A stretch of DNA of 64,000 nucleotides from Felis catus (lineage: Eukaryota), in NCBI RefSeq assembly GCF_018350175.1, contig NC_058368.1:42844001-42908000 (forward strand). Direction: 5' to 3'. Each line of letters starts with the position of its first letter. The stretch's first letter is position 1. The notes below the pieces were generated by a model that was given only the letters and a program-made list of their open reading frames with translations, had not been told where the DNA came from and searched no databases. Position numbers and translations under genes: made by a program. Below, piece by piece: positions 1 to 14,636 of the stretch.

Positions 1-3000
1 GATATAATTTATTACTGTGTAAACTGTCCTGGGAGAGGGAGGAAATTTTATTATCATGATGATAATGACGATGAAGATGATGGTGATGAGTAATACCTTT
101 TAGTCAATTTTTATTCCTCACGATTTAATAATATTTCCCTGGCAATCAAGAAATAACCTACATTGTTCCAGCCATTCTCTGTGAGTCATTTTGATATATT
201 ATACATTTCCGTAGTAGTAATTTGTACTTGATTCTCCCACATTACCTGAGTGAGGAATTGGAATTTGAGTTGTCTGTCATTCTCCTCCTACTAAAAGATT
301 ACATTTCCAGCAAGAAGTAATAGAGGATATAGCTAAGTGTAAACAGGGTTTCTTCAGAAAGTAAACTTCACCTGCTTGCATTATACACTGTGTTTATGTC
401 CATCATTTTGTCCTTTTGCTTTCTTTTATAAATTAAACATTAAGAGCAAAATAAAAAAAAAGCTAGAATCAAAAAAAATTGCAAAATAATTAAAGAAGAG
501 ATTAACTACAGATTTACATGGCCAACTGGAAGGCCTACTAGCCATGATCGAGAGGTACCTAGGACTAAATCAATACCCACTATAAAAATCTATCTTCCTC
601 ATGTCAATATTAACAAGAGAAAGCACATAATCAAGGAATGGAGTGTTGTATATATCCCTTACAATTCCATGTGAGATTAATAATTTTGACATCTGAAATG
701 AAAAAATGAAGGAAGTGCAGCCAAGTTTTCACTATTGATGTTTTTTCTCCCCTTACATAGTTTGGTCTCACAATCATACATCAAAAGATCAGATTACTTC
801 AGCAGCAGTACCTATATGGAATGAAGTTTTCACTTTTTAAAAATTGTGTCCCCAAGTAAGATAAATTTGTTCGACTGACATTAGTTAATCCCCTGTTCTG
901 TTGTTAGTACTATGAGGGGTGGGGGTGGGGGGGAAGCCAATACATATAGGAACTCGATTTCTGGTCCTTGAGGAAGAGAAGTGGGTATTAATATTGCTAT
1001 GCTCTTACAGAAAAAAAAAAACGAGAAAGCACTTAGATGGTCTGAACCTTATACATAGACTGACTGGTGCTACTGTGTTTGACATGAAATCCATACCATC
1101 ATATTGAAGTTCGGAGATGCAACTCTACTCTCCTTCTCCCCAGCCTAGTAACAATGGGGAAGAATGGACAACCTTATGATGAACCAAATATCAAAAAACA
1201 AAACAATAACAACAACAACAACAACAAAACATTGCTATTGTGTCTTAAATAGTCAAATCTATCCAAGGTAGGCATACTAAAACCAAGGAGCCTTTTATTC
1301 TGAATGTGGGTTGGAGAATTGGGGAGTTGAGCAATTGTAGCTATTTGTGTTTTGTTTTAAATATTAAACTCCCATTACACTAATTATGGCCACTTTTAAA
1401 AGGTTTAATTAAGGTGAACCACTATGATGGCTGGGAAATTTTAAATTGGTGAATAATTATTTAATTTAGTCTATAACAGATGTGAACTAGAAAAGCTATA
1501 AATATGTTTTGTTAGCACATGAAACCTGGTGTTCCATGCCACCCCTGCATCACTCTCCAGAAGAAAGAGGCCAACATCTTTGCACACATATTTTCATGCT
1601 TTGTGTCACATGATTCACTTCTAGTTGCCCAAACAGGAATTAGGATCCTTCCAAAAGCTGCCATATATATTCTGGAAATTGGTAGCTATGGTTTCTTCAG
1701 TAGCCTGATATGAGAACTCTGCCTGACAGTGAATTAATTGTATATTGAATAGATCAATAGTAATTAACTAAACCAATCATATTCTTTTTTTTAAAAAACA
1801 ACAGATACAGAGAGTTAGGAAGGAATAGAAAACAGGAAGAAAATAAATAGAAATGAATAGTATGAGGAATTTGAGAAGGAAGCAAAGAATGCCTACTTCT
1901 GAAGGTATGATAAAATGCCATAAATTCTTAAAATTTCTGAATTTCCTTAAGGTATCCCTTGATATCCATGAAGCCTAACTACCAGAGAAAAGGTAGAGAT
2001 GGCTTTCTATTCTCCTAAAACTTTTGATTAACTTTGCAATAAACACCTATCTATGAGACCATTTGCTAATACCCCTACCTCCTGAAAGAACCTGGAAAGA
2101 ATCAGGAAATAAATGTTCCCACAAAATACAAAATATTAGCTTAGATTGTGATCCATTTTAGCAGTTACAGATTACCATTGTTTTATTGTTACTTCTGAAT
2201 CAGAAAGGATAAACGGATGACACAGAAATTATAGGAACCTTGGAGAAAATTACCATGGAGGCACAGTAGACCGTGGGATTAATTCCTCCTAGCAGGAGTG
2301 GGGAAGGGGTTCTGGGCAGAAGACTACATATTTGAACCCACTGGAATTTGAAGAATGAGTTGAAGGACTTTATCAAATAGGGGCTCAAGAGAATCCCAGA
2401 AACAGAGGAAAATGTACAGAGTGTGAAGGTATATGAGTGAACCCTGTATTGAAATAGTTAAAAAATCACTTCTAGAGAGATTAGAGAACCAAGGCTGGAA
2501 TGCCATAAAGAAATGTTATAAGTTCAATAGGTAAAATCACTCTCAAATAATTATAACTTTCAGAAAGTCATTGTCTACTCTTTCAAATACTTACATTTAT
2601 GACTTGGATTTCCCAAGTAGAGGGTAGATCTTCTTCAGGAATATTATCATAGTGTATCATATCATATCATATCATGTCATGTCACATTATCCATTATAAT
2701 AATATCTTACTTGCATTGGAAATAGTCCTAGATCATCTACATGGTCTTCCCCAAATCTAATATTCTACTACTCTGTTTAGATCTAGGACTAGGTAATAAA
2801 TTAAATGTAGCAGTTTAATGCAATATGGTCATTAGAAAAGTACCAGACTAAAAACAAATATCAAACCTTTATTCAGATCTTACTCTGACTTGTACTGGCA
2901 CTGCAAAAAGCATTATTGAATGATACGCAATTCTTTCTCGTATAAATTCTACACGAGACTATATTTTTCTAAGAAATTCCATCTTCAGACATTGTATAAG

Positions 3001-5408
3001 GACCTGAAGTATGAAATAGTTTAACAATTTGATATACATTATTCAGTGATCTACTCTTTGTATGTGGAAAAAAAGAAAGAAAACAGAAAAAAAAATAAAA
3101 ACAAGTTTGAACTGTGTTCAATCTTTGCAAAAAGAGATAAGGGTGAATTGGTTAGCTTATGTAACTGAGGAGTCCAGGGCACTAGCTACAGTTTTGGCAG
3201 TAAGAGGAATTTATAAAGTTTCTTCAGCTTCACTAAGCGATAGTAAAAGAAGAATGAATTTGGGAATTTGCTTCAGCAAAAGGATATCAGGGTATGAATT
3301 CATGAAATAAAGGTGGTGAGTCATCTGTTCCAAATATTGACTACAAGGGGAAATTTAGGGGCTGTTTAGGAATAGGGAGACTGTATCTGTTGATATTTCC
3401 CTTACCCTAACTAAAAGAGACACAATTTTGTTTAAAAAGTGATTGCATGTGGAGTTTTATTTTGAAATGTTTGCATCTTTATGTTGTTTATACTAATTAA
3501 CATTACTTCACCTCCTTTGATAATTATTTGAGCTGCAAAGCAAGTACTCCAGACTCCTCACGTCATTGTTTTGTTTCATTTTACTTTATTATAATTTTTT
3601 AATAGACTGATATTGGAAGCAGCTTTAATTTTTGGCTGTGATTTTGAATCCAAGCTTTTTTTGCAAGCATATTAAAGCCGATAAATGATAACTGTTACAC
3701 TGGAAAAACAAATACCATTAGGAAAAGTAAAAATTCTGTGTCTTTAAGGTAGTATTTATTCCTTGCTTACTCTTGGGAAAAAAATAGGTGCAGTTACAAG
3801 ATAAAAGTGAATGAATGTAGAAATTACATATTTTAGAATGTTGCATGTAAAAATATTTAAATACATTTCAAAAGGACTTGAGAAAAATCGTTATATGAGT
3901 GCAGAATATATATATTCAAGATTGAATCACTTTATTTTTTAAAATGAGCAGAGGTTAGGTTGCAGTATGATGTGAGACCCCAGAGACTGAATTTAGGAGT
4001 GGTCTAACAAATTACATTAGTTTCTGGGATGGTCAAGTTGATCTAAGGGAAGCTGGGCTGATTACATACAACTCAGCAGTTCAATGAGGGACAAATCTGA
4101 GAACAAAAAGTGATTGCATTCAGTGATCAGACTCCAAGCTATTACTTTTCTGAGAAGAAGTAGAAAGCTGAAGTTTGAAGACAGAGGCCAATGGCAGAAA
4201 GACACAAGATGTGTCAGATAAAGATTTGATATTTAGTGTTGTGCTCTAAAGAGTGCTGCAGCATTTATCTCATGGTATCTTTTATTTTCTTTAAACTTTT
4301 TCCTTACTGGATTTCAGCAGGTGTATCAAAGTTTTAATAAAAATAAAGATCCCTAGAAAAAAATGTACAGGACTACAACAGGATACATTATTTTTTATAT
4401 AATGAATTATAAGAAGCAATTAAAACCATAATTTGACAGAGAAAATGAGAAAAAGAAGTACTTAATTGATTGGCAGTCAATATTAAATTTATTTCCTGAA
4501 GAAGAAAGTGTATGCAAGTTCAACCAGCATGACATATTCTGGACACTCTCTAACCTGGGAAGAAGCACTTCCCCAACCATTGCTGTCTAAAGTCACCACT
4601 AGCATCCCTTAGGCTTCCTGTACAATTTCATGTGACCTTTAGTTAGATCTCATCTCTGCTAGGGAACTACTTTTTAAAAATTTTCTCTGGGGTTGCATCT
4701 GAATAAAGACTTAGCTATAATTAAACAGGAGTTACAGGGGAAAGAGAATGTAGGCATGCTAATGAGATTTTTAAAGAAATGCTTTGGGATTTATCAATTT
4801 AGTAGTTAAATTATTGATGAGAAAGATTTCACTAATCAAAATCAGATTTAAGTGTATTTTCAAAGTTCAATTATGTTCAGTCAATTTGCTTTTTAATTAA
4901 AAATAAATAAATGATCTTAGACTTCTTTGGTCTATTATATGGAAACCAATTATTAATAAAATGTAATTCACTATGGCTTTCTAAAGGTGGAGATTTTTTG
5001 TATGTGCCTTTCTTCATATAAAAAAATAATAAACATGGTACTGAAAGAGGGCAGGCCATTTTTACTTTAAAGTGATTCTCACCAATGTATGTATACAGAA
5101 GTTATTAGCAGACATTTCAGAAAAATCTTTCAAAAAATCTTTATCAGCATACCAAAAAAGATCAGAATAGATTATTTAATATTTTACATCTTCTACAATT
5201 TTTTCATTTTATTTTATTTATATTTAATCAGATTTAGTAAGCATTTTACTTATGTATGTATCTTAACACCATTAATTTAACACTGAGTGCTTACTGGGTG
5301 ACACATTTTGTATAGTTTTTATTTAAAATGGTTGAAGTTTAAACTTAATGTAGTTAATTGACTATTTTTCTGAAGCCAAAATGTCCAAATATAGGGCATC
5401 AATTTTCT

Positions 5409-5631
5409 TTTTTTTTTTAATTTTTTAATGTTTACTTATTTTTAAGAGAGAGACAGAGATGGAGCATGAGTGGCAGAGGAGCAGAGAGAGAAAGAGACAC
5501 AGAATCCAAAGCAGGCTCCAGGCTCTGAGCTGTCAGCACAGAGCCTGACATGGGACTTGAACTCACAAATCGTGAGATCATGACCTGAGCTGAAGTGGGA
5601 TGCTTAACTGACTAAGCCACCCAAGTGCTCC
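5409..5631 (-). mobile_element. CanSINE (felid SINEC_Fc-type)
   Basis: Diagnostic gcaggctccaggctctgagctgtcagcacagagc core, tRNA-derived head and A-tail; 16-bp TSD agggcatcaattttct (5393-5408 / 5632-5647). Confidence 0.95.
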
Positions 5632-6000
5632 AGGGCATCAATTTTCTAATAAGGACTTTTTTCCTGGTGACTGTATATCATTTACCTGTGGTCTCTAGAC
5701 ACTTCTATTTCCTTAAATGTAAGATGGAGATGTTATTAGGCTACATGTCTATTGAGTCATTACAATTAAATGAAACAATGCTTTAGATAATGTTATTGTC
5801 CTATTTTTTGTGAAATTTTCTTCTATTCCGTTTCTAATTTCAACCTGTGAGTTTCATTTGTCTTGAATCACTGAACTTTTGAACTCTGCTTTTGTTTCCA
5901 CTCTGCTCAAATTGGTCTTTCTCTTACCCTACCATCCTATTTGCTCTTTCTTTTAAAAATCCCATTTAATAATCTCAGTATTATAAAGATTAGTCTGTCT

Positions 6001-6775
6001 CCAGTGAAGAAATGGGCAAAAGACATGAATAGATACTTTTCAAAAGACATCCAAATGGCTAACAAACACATGAAAAAATGCTCAACATCATTCATTTTCA
6101 GGGAAATACAAATCAAAACTACAAGGAGATACCACCTCACACCTGTCAGAATGGCTAAAATGAACAACTCAGGCAACAGCAGATGTTGGTGAGGATGTGG
6201 AGAAAGAGGAACCCTTTTGCACTGCTGGTGGGAATGCAAACTGGTTCAGCCACTCTGGAAAATAGTATGGAGGTTCCTCAAAAATTTAAAAATAGAACTA
6301 TCCTACCACCCAGCAATTGCACTACTATGTATTTATCCAAATGATACAGGAGTGCTGATTCGAAGGGGTACATGTACCCCAATGTTTATAGCAGCACTAT
6401 TGACAATAGCCAAAGTATAGAAAGAGCCTAGATGCCCATTGTCTGATAAATGAATAAAGAATATGCGATACATATATACAATGGAATATTACTCCGTGAT
6501 CAAAAAGAATGAAAACTTGCCATTTGCAACAGTGTAAGTGGAATTAGAGTAATACATTCTATGCTAAGCGAAATAAGTCAGAGAAAGACAAATATATGAT
6601 TTCATTCATATGTGGAATTTAAGATACAAAACAGATGAACATAAAGGAAGGGAAGCAAAAATAACATAAAAACAGAGAGGGAGATAAACCGTAAGAGAAT
6701 CTTAAATACAGAGAAAAAACTGAAGGTTGCTAGAGGGGTGTTGGGTGGGTGAATGGGCTAGATGGGCAAGGGGCA
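6001..6775 (+). mobile_element. LINE-1 3' fragment (ORF2 C-terminus plus 3' UTR), carnivore type
   Basis: ORF2 C-terminal peptides [38 protein letters not shown] and [28 protein letters not shown]; the 3' UTR ends abruptly at 6775. Confidence 0.95.
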
Positions 6776-6780
6776 ATAAT

Positions 6781-6925
6781 GAGAGAGGAAGACATAGAAT
6801 CTGAAGCAGCCTCCAGGCTCTGAGCTGTCAGCACAGAGCCCGATGTAGGGCTCAAACGCACAAACCGCAAGATCATGACCTGAGTTGAAGTCAGATGCTT
6901 AACCGACTGAGACACTCAGGCACCC
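6781..6925 (-). mobile_element. CanSINE, 3'-truncated (head half only)
   Basis: SINEC core and head present; CT-repeat and A-tail missing; abuts the L1. Confidence 0.9.
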
Positions 6926-8408
6926 TTGAATATTTCTTAATGCTATAAAGATAACTCAAAATATAAGCATCAAATAGAAGAATCATATCAGTGGTTGTTC
7001 AGATTTTATCTTGAGTCACTTTCAAATTACATTCACTAAGGTTTATTTTGGTAGAAATTTCACAAGAATTCATTTTTTCTTTCAGTTTCATTGAAAACTT
7101 ATACAAAACTTGTTACAAATCAGCTGTTCTTTCAAACTAATCACAATGTCTCAAATTTTTGTATATTTTTTTACAAACTGATAGTTTTTGGAAGATTTTT
7201 TTTAACAAGTTAGAAACTTCTATTTTAAAGTTTTTGTCTGTTTTTTAAGTGTACAGATACAAGTTTTTTAAATGGGTGGTGCACGTATGTCATTACCAAC
7301 AACCAAATGACATAACAAAGGAAACATTTCCAAATAGTATCTATTTTCTAAATACTTTTTAAATGGCACACATTTCTTTCCAAGAGCATTTACCTTCTGA
7401 CTCTGTTAAAATGTTCCATTTTTCTTAGATATGCAGATTATATGTGCTTTTTTTCAAGAACTGATAGGTGTCATACTGTTGATAATATTCAACCTTATTA
7501 GTGTCTATCAAAATAGTAATGATAGGTCAATAAATTTGAATGTCTTTCCTTTTTCATAAAGGAACAATGTGTAATCTATCTTTAAGTTGTATAACCCATT
7601 TTCTCTTCCTCCTGGATAACTGTAAATGTCTATGTGGAAAAAAAGTAGTTTCTTTTTTCTTTTTTTTTAAGTTTATTTTTGAAAAACGTAGTTTCTTAGT
7701 CAATCCTTATCGTTTAGCAAATTATGATGAAGATTTAACTACATTTTAAAGGTGTTGACTTTATACAATTAGGCACATCAATAACATAGTGCAATTATTG
7801 CAGTGAATTCTTCACAAAATAACTGAACTAAAAATAATTCAATAAAAGAATTTCAAATATAATATTCTTATTAAATACAGTGGACAAAAATCCCTATTTC
7901 AAATAGTGTTCTAGATAATAGTTTTCTGAATTCTGTGAACAGCTTCATTTTATATCTGATTAAGTTGTAATCATTTTCACCTGAAAATGTAAATGACTGT
8001 CAGTGCTGTCATTTTCTTGTGAGCTGATGCTTGCATAATTGGTTTTATCTCAATCTGCGTTTCAGGAGGAGGGGTAGGAAGCTTTTAAGATGTTTATCAA
8101 TTTTTGTGACTGTTAGTTTGGTTAAAATTAAATAGAATAATCTGAAAATTCCTTAACTTGGAATGCATAAACTGCAATAATTTGCTATATACTGAAAGTG
8201 AATGGTGAGGTTTTAAGTGCTTGGCTGCTGTAAAACTAAACTTTTTTTCAGCATAAATAACCTATTTTATAATGTGTGACCGCTTGATAGATGGAATTTA
8301 AAAAGACAATAGCTATGGTCCATATGTTGAATATTAGCAAAGTTTAATTTCCTTCCTTTGGTAGGAAATGATTACAAATAACAGTTATACTTTACTGCTT
8401 CCCAGTGG

Positions 8409-8411
<3 letters not shown>

Positions 8412-8458
<47 letters not shown>
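8412..8458. repeat. (TA)n microsatellite
   Basis: Perfect TA run. Confidence 0.95.
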
Positions 8459-8459
<1 letters not shown>

Positions 8460-9822
8460 CTGTTCTCTTATGCATTCACTTCTCTGAAGGCCACAAACAT
8501 AGAAGGGAGATTTGGGTAAATTTTGAGATTAAGGGGCATTTTCTCAAAATACAGTAAAATAGCCTTTCCTAGGGACCACTGAAGTGCTTTTTTTTTTTTT
8601 AAACATAGTTTGGAATGTATTATTGATTGCATTCTTTTTTTTTTTTACTTGTCTACAGAAACACACACAGAGCACTTGTTGTCATTACAAAGAAAAGCCC
8701 CATGAGGTAGTGGGTGTGTATTTATGTAGCACACAGCAGCATAATGTGGGTGCTGGATGAATTTGGATGATGGTCAGAGTAATTGTTAATTTAATGATAC
8801 ATTCACTGAAATAATACCATCTTAACCCACCTTCTTTTCAAATACTGTTTTCAGACTTTTGGGAGAGGAAAAAAAGGATAACTTATAAAAGTTTTTCTTT
8901 TATTTAAGTTTGAAGGAAATGGCAATTGGATGTTCAAGGTTTCTGATAATGATCTATATTTATTATGGTTGTAATATTATTTTAATAATGTTGAGGAAAG
9001 AATAAAATTAAAGATGACCCTTTGTAGTGGGCATGCACTTCTAGGAATCACTTAAGACCCAAAGGTTTGTATTGGAGAAAAGGGAATCAAATTTTCCAAA
9101 GGAACACTCTAGTATAAATAATACTACATGTTTATTGATTTTGTGTTTGTATTTTAAAAATTGTGATATTTCTCTAGTACCATCAGCTCTTGGTGTCATG
9201 GTAACTTACTGATCTCATCATTTCTTTGTAACTCACCCCAATGTCCAGCCCATGGGCACCGGGACACAATAAGGTAGAGTTTATGTTACATTCCCATGAG
9301 CTCACGTTGTTTCAACTTGACATTATTATCTTTTATTACTTTTTGTTTGGGTCTCCTGGTATGGAACTGATAAGGAGAGCTAACATTTTATTATGTTCAA
9401 TAGTGTATTTAATTGTGCCTCATTGTCTTAGTGTTGATATATTATTTCCTTTGGTGTATACAGTGTAATCCTATAAGGAGTTAGTGTTCACCTCCACACA
9501 ATTTACAGCGCATGCTTAATCTCTGTAGGCATAGTTGCTGTCCACAGAATCTGGATATAATTTTTATCTGCTAACGGGCCCATCTTAAACCTTAAAAGTA
9601 ATTTTGAGGAGCTATAGTCATAGTATTGCCAATGAAGAAACAAAGGCATTTTGAAAAATTTTCTGGACAATGAGAACATGGATGACATCATCTTTTAATG
9701 TCAGAGATTTGATTATCATCAATTTCTTTAAGCAATGTAAGGTATGTATTTATTCATCCAACTTATATACAAACATACATACATGCATACATACATACAT
9801 GTGTATTTGTTGGCTAGCTTGG

Positions 9823-9855
<33 letters not shown>

Positions 9856-9886
9856 GTATTATATATATATATAATATATATATATA
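9823..9886. repeat. (TA)n-rich microsatellite
   Basis: Interrupted TA run. Confidence 0.9.
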
Positions 9887-10747
9887 ATAATGATAATAAT
9901 AAAGTTTAGGGAACTTTATAAGACTTAAGATAATATGAAGAAAAGTAGAACAGTTTCTGAGACATGATAATACATAAAAATTGTTAGCTTTTATTATTTT
10001 AATGGTCTGTTTATATTCACATCTTTCTAAAAAAATTCTAAACAATAGCATCATACATAGTATGTTGGAAAAATAATTGTATCATTTTTAACTAATAAAA
10101 TTGAGGTTTAAGTAGGAAATTTCCTAACTTAGTTCTCAACACCTTCCATATGAGCATTGGAGAATATTTTCATTTTCCAGTAATATTCTAAAATGTGAAA
10201 TTATATTTCTTTTAATTTTATTCTAAATTTAAACATTAGAAGGATGGATTTTATGACAAATTGTGCTTTAAGAAAGTGTCCTAACTATTGAATATTAATC
10301 AGTTGATGTTTTAAATTATCCCTTGAGCTAACTGTATCGTTTCCTTTTACTTTCATTTAGTCCGAATTTGTTTTTGAATTCACAGAGGTAAATTCCATGA
10401 ATATACTCTATGATTCTTCTTTGGGCATTTTTGGCGTAGAACTGATAGAAAAGATAATATTTTGTTCATACAGTAGAGTATTTGATTTTTACCCTCATTA
10501 TGTTGACTGTTATTTTTATGATGGAGACTATAAGCTATGAATGAATGAGTGTAAGAGAGAAAATGAATTAAAAAATGAATTCAATTGAACAATACTCTGA
10601 GGAATTTGGTTTGGATATTTAAAAAAGCAGTACCAGTTAATTCAACAAAGGATATAGGTATCTAAGAAAATTTAAGGGAAAATATATCATTGTAAAAGAA
10701 CTGTGAAGATAATGATATAGAGGAGAAAGAATTGTCATGTACCCTAA

Positions 10748-10817
10748 TTGGAGTTGAGCTGAGCGGTGAGGTTGGTATGGTGGTTGGAGTTGAGCTGAGC
10801 GGTGAGGTTGGTATGGT
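10748..10817. repeat. 36-bp-period tandem duplication
   Basis: ttggagttgagctgagcggtgaggttggtatggt occurs identically at 10748 and 10784. Confidence 0.95.
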
Positions 10818-11019
10818 ATTACACACCAGGAAGTGATCTCTGAGGACAGTTTACAAGGTGAGATTGAAGGAAGGTTGATTACATGAGAGACAGTGAGATG
10901 ATAGACTTTTAAAATTGTACATTCCAAAATAGTAAAATGCCAAATTTGTACCGTGCTTCACATTCCCACATAATTTAAAAATTGAATCCAATATTTGGAG
11001 TTAATCAGGGAAACATTAG

Positions 11020-11170
11020 GAATTATTCTCCCCATTTTATAACTGAGAAAAGTGAGGTTCACAGAGGGTGAGATTTTTTCAAGATCACACTGCTTGAATT
11101 GTCATAGTTGAAATGAAAACCTACACTTTCAGGACTAATGCAATGTTCTTTTCAGCATCCCCCACTGCCT
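11020..11170 (-). mobile_element. MIR fragment
   Basis: attattctccccattttataactgagaaaagtgaggttcacagaggg resembles the MIR core. Confidence 0.7.
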
Positions 11171-12959
11171 CCTTAAAAATCTAAATCTCTTGTCCTTGTG
11201 TCCAAATTGGGGTGTCAGTGGGAGTCTGAACTCCTAGTCATTTTATAGTCTCTGATGTGCAGAATAAGGCAGGAGTTGATATGAAGAAAATCAAGGAAAT
11301 TAATGGCCAATTTTCTCAGGATGGCATACTGCAAACAACTTCTTAAAGTAGATTAATGTATATAATTTATACTTATACTGAAAACTTTGAGAAAGAAAGA
11401 AAATAACAAGCTTTTACAGCCTTAGCAATTTTTATTCCTTTCTACTTCTCTTCCTCATATGTCATCTTACCTTGGAAATCAATAAAAAGGATTCTCTTTT
11501 AAATCCATTTATGTTCAGATTCAACTCTGAATTCAACAAGTGCTTCAAAAAGACAAACTAACCTAGTTTTCTAGACCCCATGAATTTGCTCTGCTGGATA
11601 TAGATGCCATTTTAGATTCTTGTATGTCCCAAAGCTTATTTCTGAACATAGTTTCTCTTTTTAATACAATCTCCATCTTTCTTCTCTTATCCTTGCTGAC
11701 ATTTCATTTCAATCAGGGTTGAGACCTCGTCTTCAATCTTTGTGAATCAACTTTTGATGGATACAGGTGGTTTGTTAACAGCAGCAGCACCTGTTAGGAG
11801 CAGTGGTGTCTGTCAGTCTTTGATTTTCCCCCTACAGGTCATTGTTTATCTTATTCCTATCCACTTTAGAGACTTCAGTGAATTTTAAAAAATATATTTA
11901 AAAGCCAATTTACCATTTTGAAAAGTGATAGTTTTCTTTCATTGTTGTTGTTTTTGTTATATTCAAGGACACGGTGTTATATTTTGATGGAAGTTGTTCT
12001 GCTTTATTATCTGCTGAAATCATCAGAGAAATGAAAAAGAATGTTCCCAGTGTGTAAGCTATACCCTGGAAGTGTGGTAACATTTTTGGAAGTTACATTA
12101 TCCTTTACATTCAATAATGAAGCTTCTGATAAATAAGTGCTTTTAAAATCACTTTTTTTAAGGAAAGAATTATATTAAAAATGACAGGATTCAATATGTT
12201 GTATTGTTTCTCACATTATGACTAGATAATTAATGAATTGTGACCTTTCCTTAATTAAGAAATTTATTAGCTAAAGCCCTCACTTAATAACAGATGCGAA
12301 TTTTTTATTTCTAGGGGATGTAAGGAAATCACAAATCTCAGGGATTTAAGAACAAATTCCAGGGTCATTTGCTATGGAAAATTAGTGCACAAGAACAAGA
12401 TATAATCTCATAATAAAGGTTGTACTAGTTAAACACGAAGAATAAATCCTAGAATGAAAGGCCATGAACTACAAACAACATAGTCTGGGGCTTATAAGTC
12501 TTTGCTTGAAAATTATAATTTAAAACAGAAAAGGAAGACTAAAAAGGCAAAAGCTTAGAGAATTTTTTGTTGATAGCAGTGGAGGTATATATTTTTGTGG
12601 GTGGTAAAATGACAAGACTGACTGGATGAGAGCAGATGGTATCTCCTGAGTCATAATTTGAAAGAATACTCAGAGGTTAGTGGAATCTCATTAACGTGAA
12701 AGATAAGCAGTACAACTGGCTCACTTGCCAATGTAGAATCTGAGTTTTTATTATTGTTTTTCATATACTCAGTGAACATTGAAATCCAGTTAAATGCTCT
12801 AGCATCCAGCATAGGAAAATGAAGGAGTTTGAAATGAAAGAAAGTAAATAATCAGCATTAGAGTTTTCTTGTTATAGACGTTTTGTTTCAGAATTGTTTC
12901 CTATCTACCTTCCTTGTCGTAGACTATTATTTGAGAAGGAATAGTCACGGTTCTGAAAT

Positions 12960-14514
12960 AACATACTAAGATAATTTAAAAATATGAACTTAATAAATAA
13001 GGAAATAATGAAATAACAGATAACATGAAGAAAACTATATTTTCATATACAAGATGATTTCAAAGAACTTAAGTAACACTCACCTTGAAAACAGTAGTAT
13101 ATGTTAAAAAATTGATCTACTGGTACTGATTTACGCTGAGCTAAATAAATGAAATGATAAATATGTAAGAAATACTATTAAGGTATCGAAGAGGAATTTG
13201 GAACATACAAAGGCATATGCACATAAACTTATCATACGAGGCATTATACATGTGTCAAAGTAGATAGGTAAAATGAATTAAAAACAGACCCCAGAATGCG
13301 TATCTACACATCAGTTTTAGAAAAATAATGATAGGAATGATGTTACAGGTTAGTGGTTAAAGATGAATTATTGAACAGGAATTCTGAATAAATGTATCTA
13401 TGTGAAATATAATCAAATAATATCATTATTTTACAACAGCAGCTAGAATTAAATTTAGATGGACTAAAGAGAAACACGTAACATAGGGATTCACACAAAA
13501 ACTAGAAAACCTAGGTCAATCAGATATCCTTTTCTAAACACAACAGCAAGGAGAAAACAGCACAAAAGAGGACATGGAGAAGTTTGCTTCATAAATCATG
13601 TAATTCCATATACCAGAAAGCGCCACAAATAAAATAATATTAATAAAAATTTTAAGTGCATAATATATATGAGGGGGTTATTGTCACAATATATAACAAT
13701 ATACAAATATCCTAAGAAAATGATACAAATTTTAAAATTAGTATTTTTAAATTTTTAAATTTTTAAAATTTTTAAAAATTAGAAATAGTTATATCAAAGT
13801 CAGGAATACTAGCAATATATAAAGATTTAAACTTAACATAAGAAGACTTTGGATATTAGTAAGTACACAAAATATAAATTGAAATAGTCGCAAATGCCAA
13901 TTTTCTATCAAAATGACAAAGAATAAAATCAATTCTATCTTTTGATGTTAGTTCAGTAAGACTCACTCTTTTGGTGTTAGCTGGTGATAACTTGGTCCAC
14001 AATCCTTCTAGAAATGAATTTGACAGCATGTAACAAAGCTTCTAAAATATTCATACACTTTGAGTAGCATTTCCATTTATAATTTTAATGGAAATAATGA
14101 TAGGTTTGTAAATATTCTTTATGAACAGGATGTTCACTCCAGCAGTATGTATTATAACAAATGAGAAACAAGCCATCTGCTCAGTAATGGAAGACTACTT
14201 AAACTATTATAAATTCCTGATTTTTTTAAAGTTTATTTATTTACTTTTGAGAGACAAAGAGCATGACCAAGGGAGGGGCAGAGAGAGAAGGAGAGCAAGA
14301 ATCCCAAGCAATCTCCATGCTGTGAGTGCAGAGCCCCAGTGACTTGGGGCTCTATCTTACGAATTGTGAGATTGTGACCTGAGCCGAAATCAAGAGTCAG
14401 AGGCTTAACCAGCTGAGCCACCCAAGCACCCCATAAATTCCTAATTTTCAATATTCTTTGAACTGTGTAAAATTATGTAGATAATTATTTAAATAGTTGG
14501 AAAATGTTTATGGA
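12960..14514 (+). mobile_element. Ancient L1 (L1M-type) ORF2/3' remnant, interrupted by a SINE
   Basis: A-rich degenerate L1 motifs (e.g. aaattt agatggactaaagag, aaaatattcatacactttgag, ggatgttcactccagcagtatg); boundaries approximate. Confidence 0.55.
14222..14432 (-). mobile_element. CanSINE
   Basis: SINEC body; TSD ataaattcct (14209-14218 / 14433-14442). Confidence 0.93.
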
Positions 14515-14636
14515 ACATTTGTCTTAGTCTGTTTGGACTTTTATAATAAAATACTATAGATCCGGTGGTTTGTCAATGATAGAAATGTATTTCTCACAAT
14601 TCTGGAGGCTAAAAGTCTGATTTCAGGGTACCAGTA

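Noticed and set aside
10748..10817. CRISPR-like direct repeat
   Set aside because: Only two adjacent copies, no spacer, no cas genes, and the DNA is mammalian.
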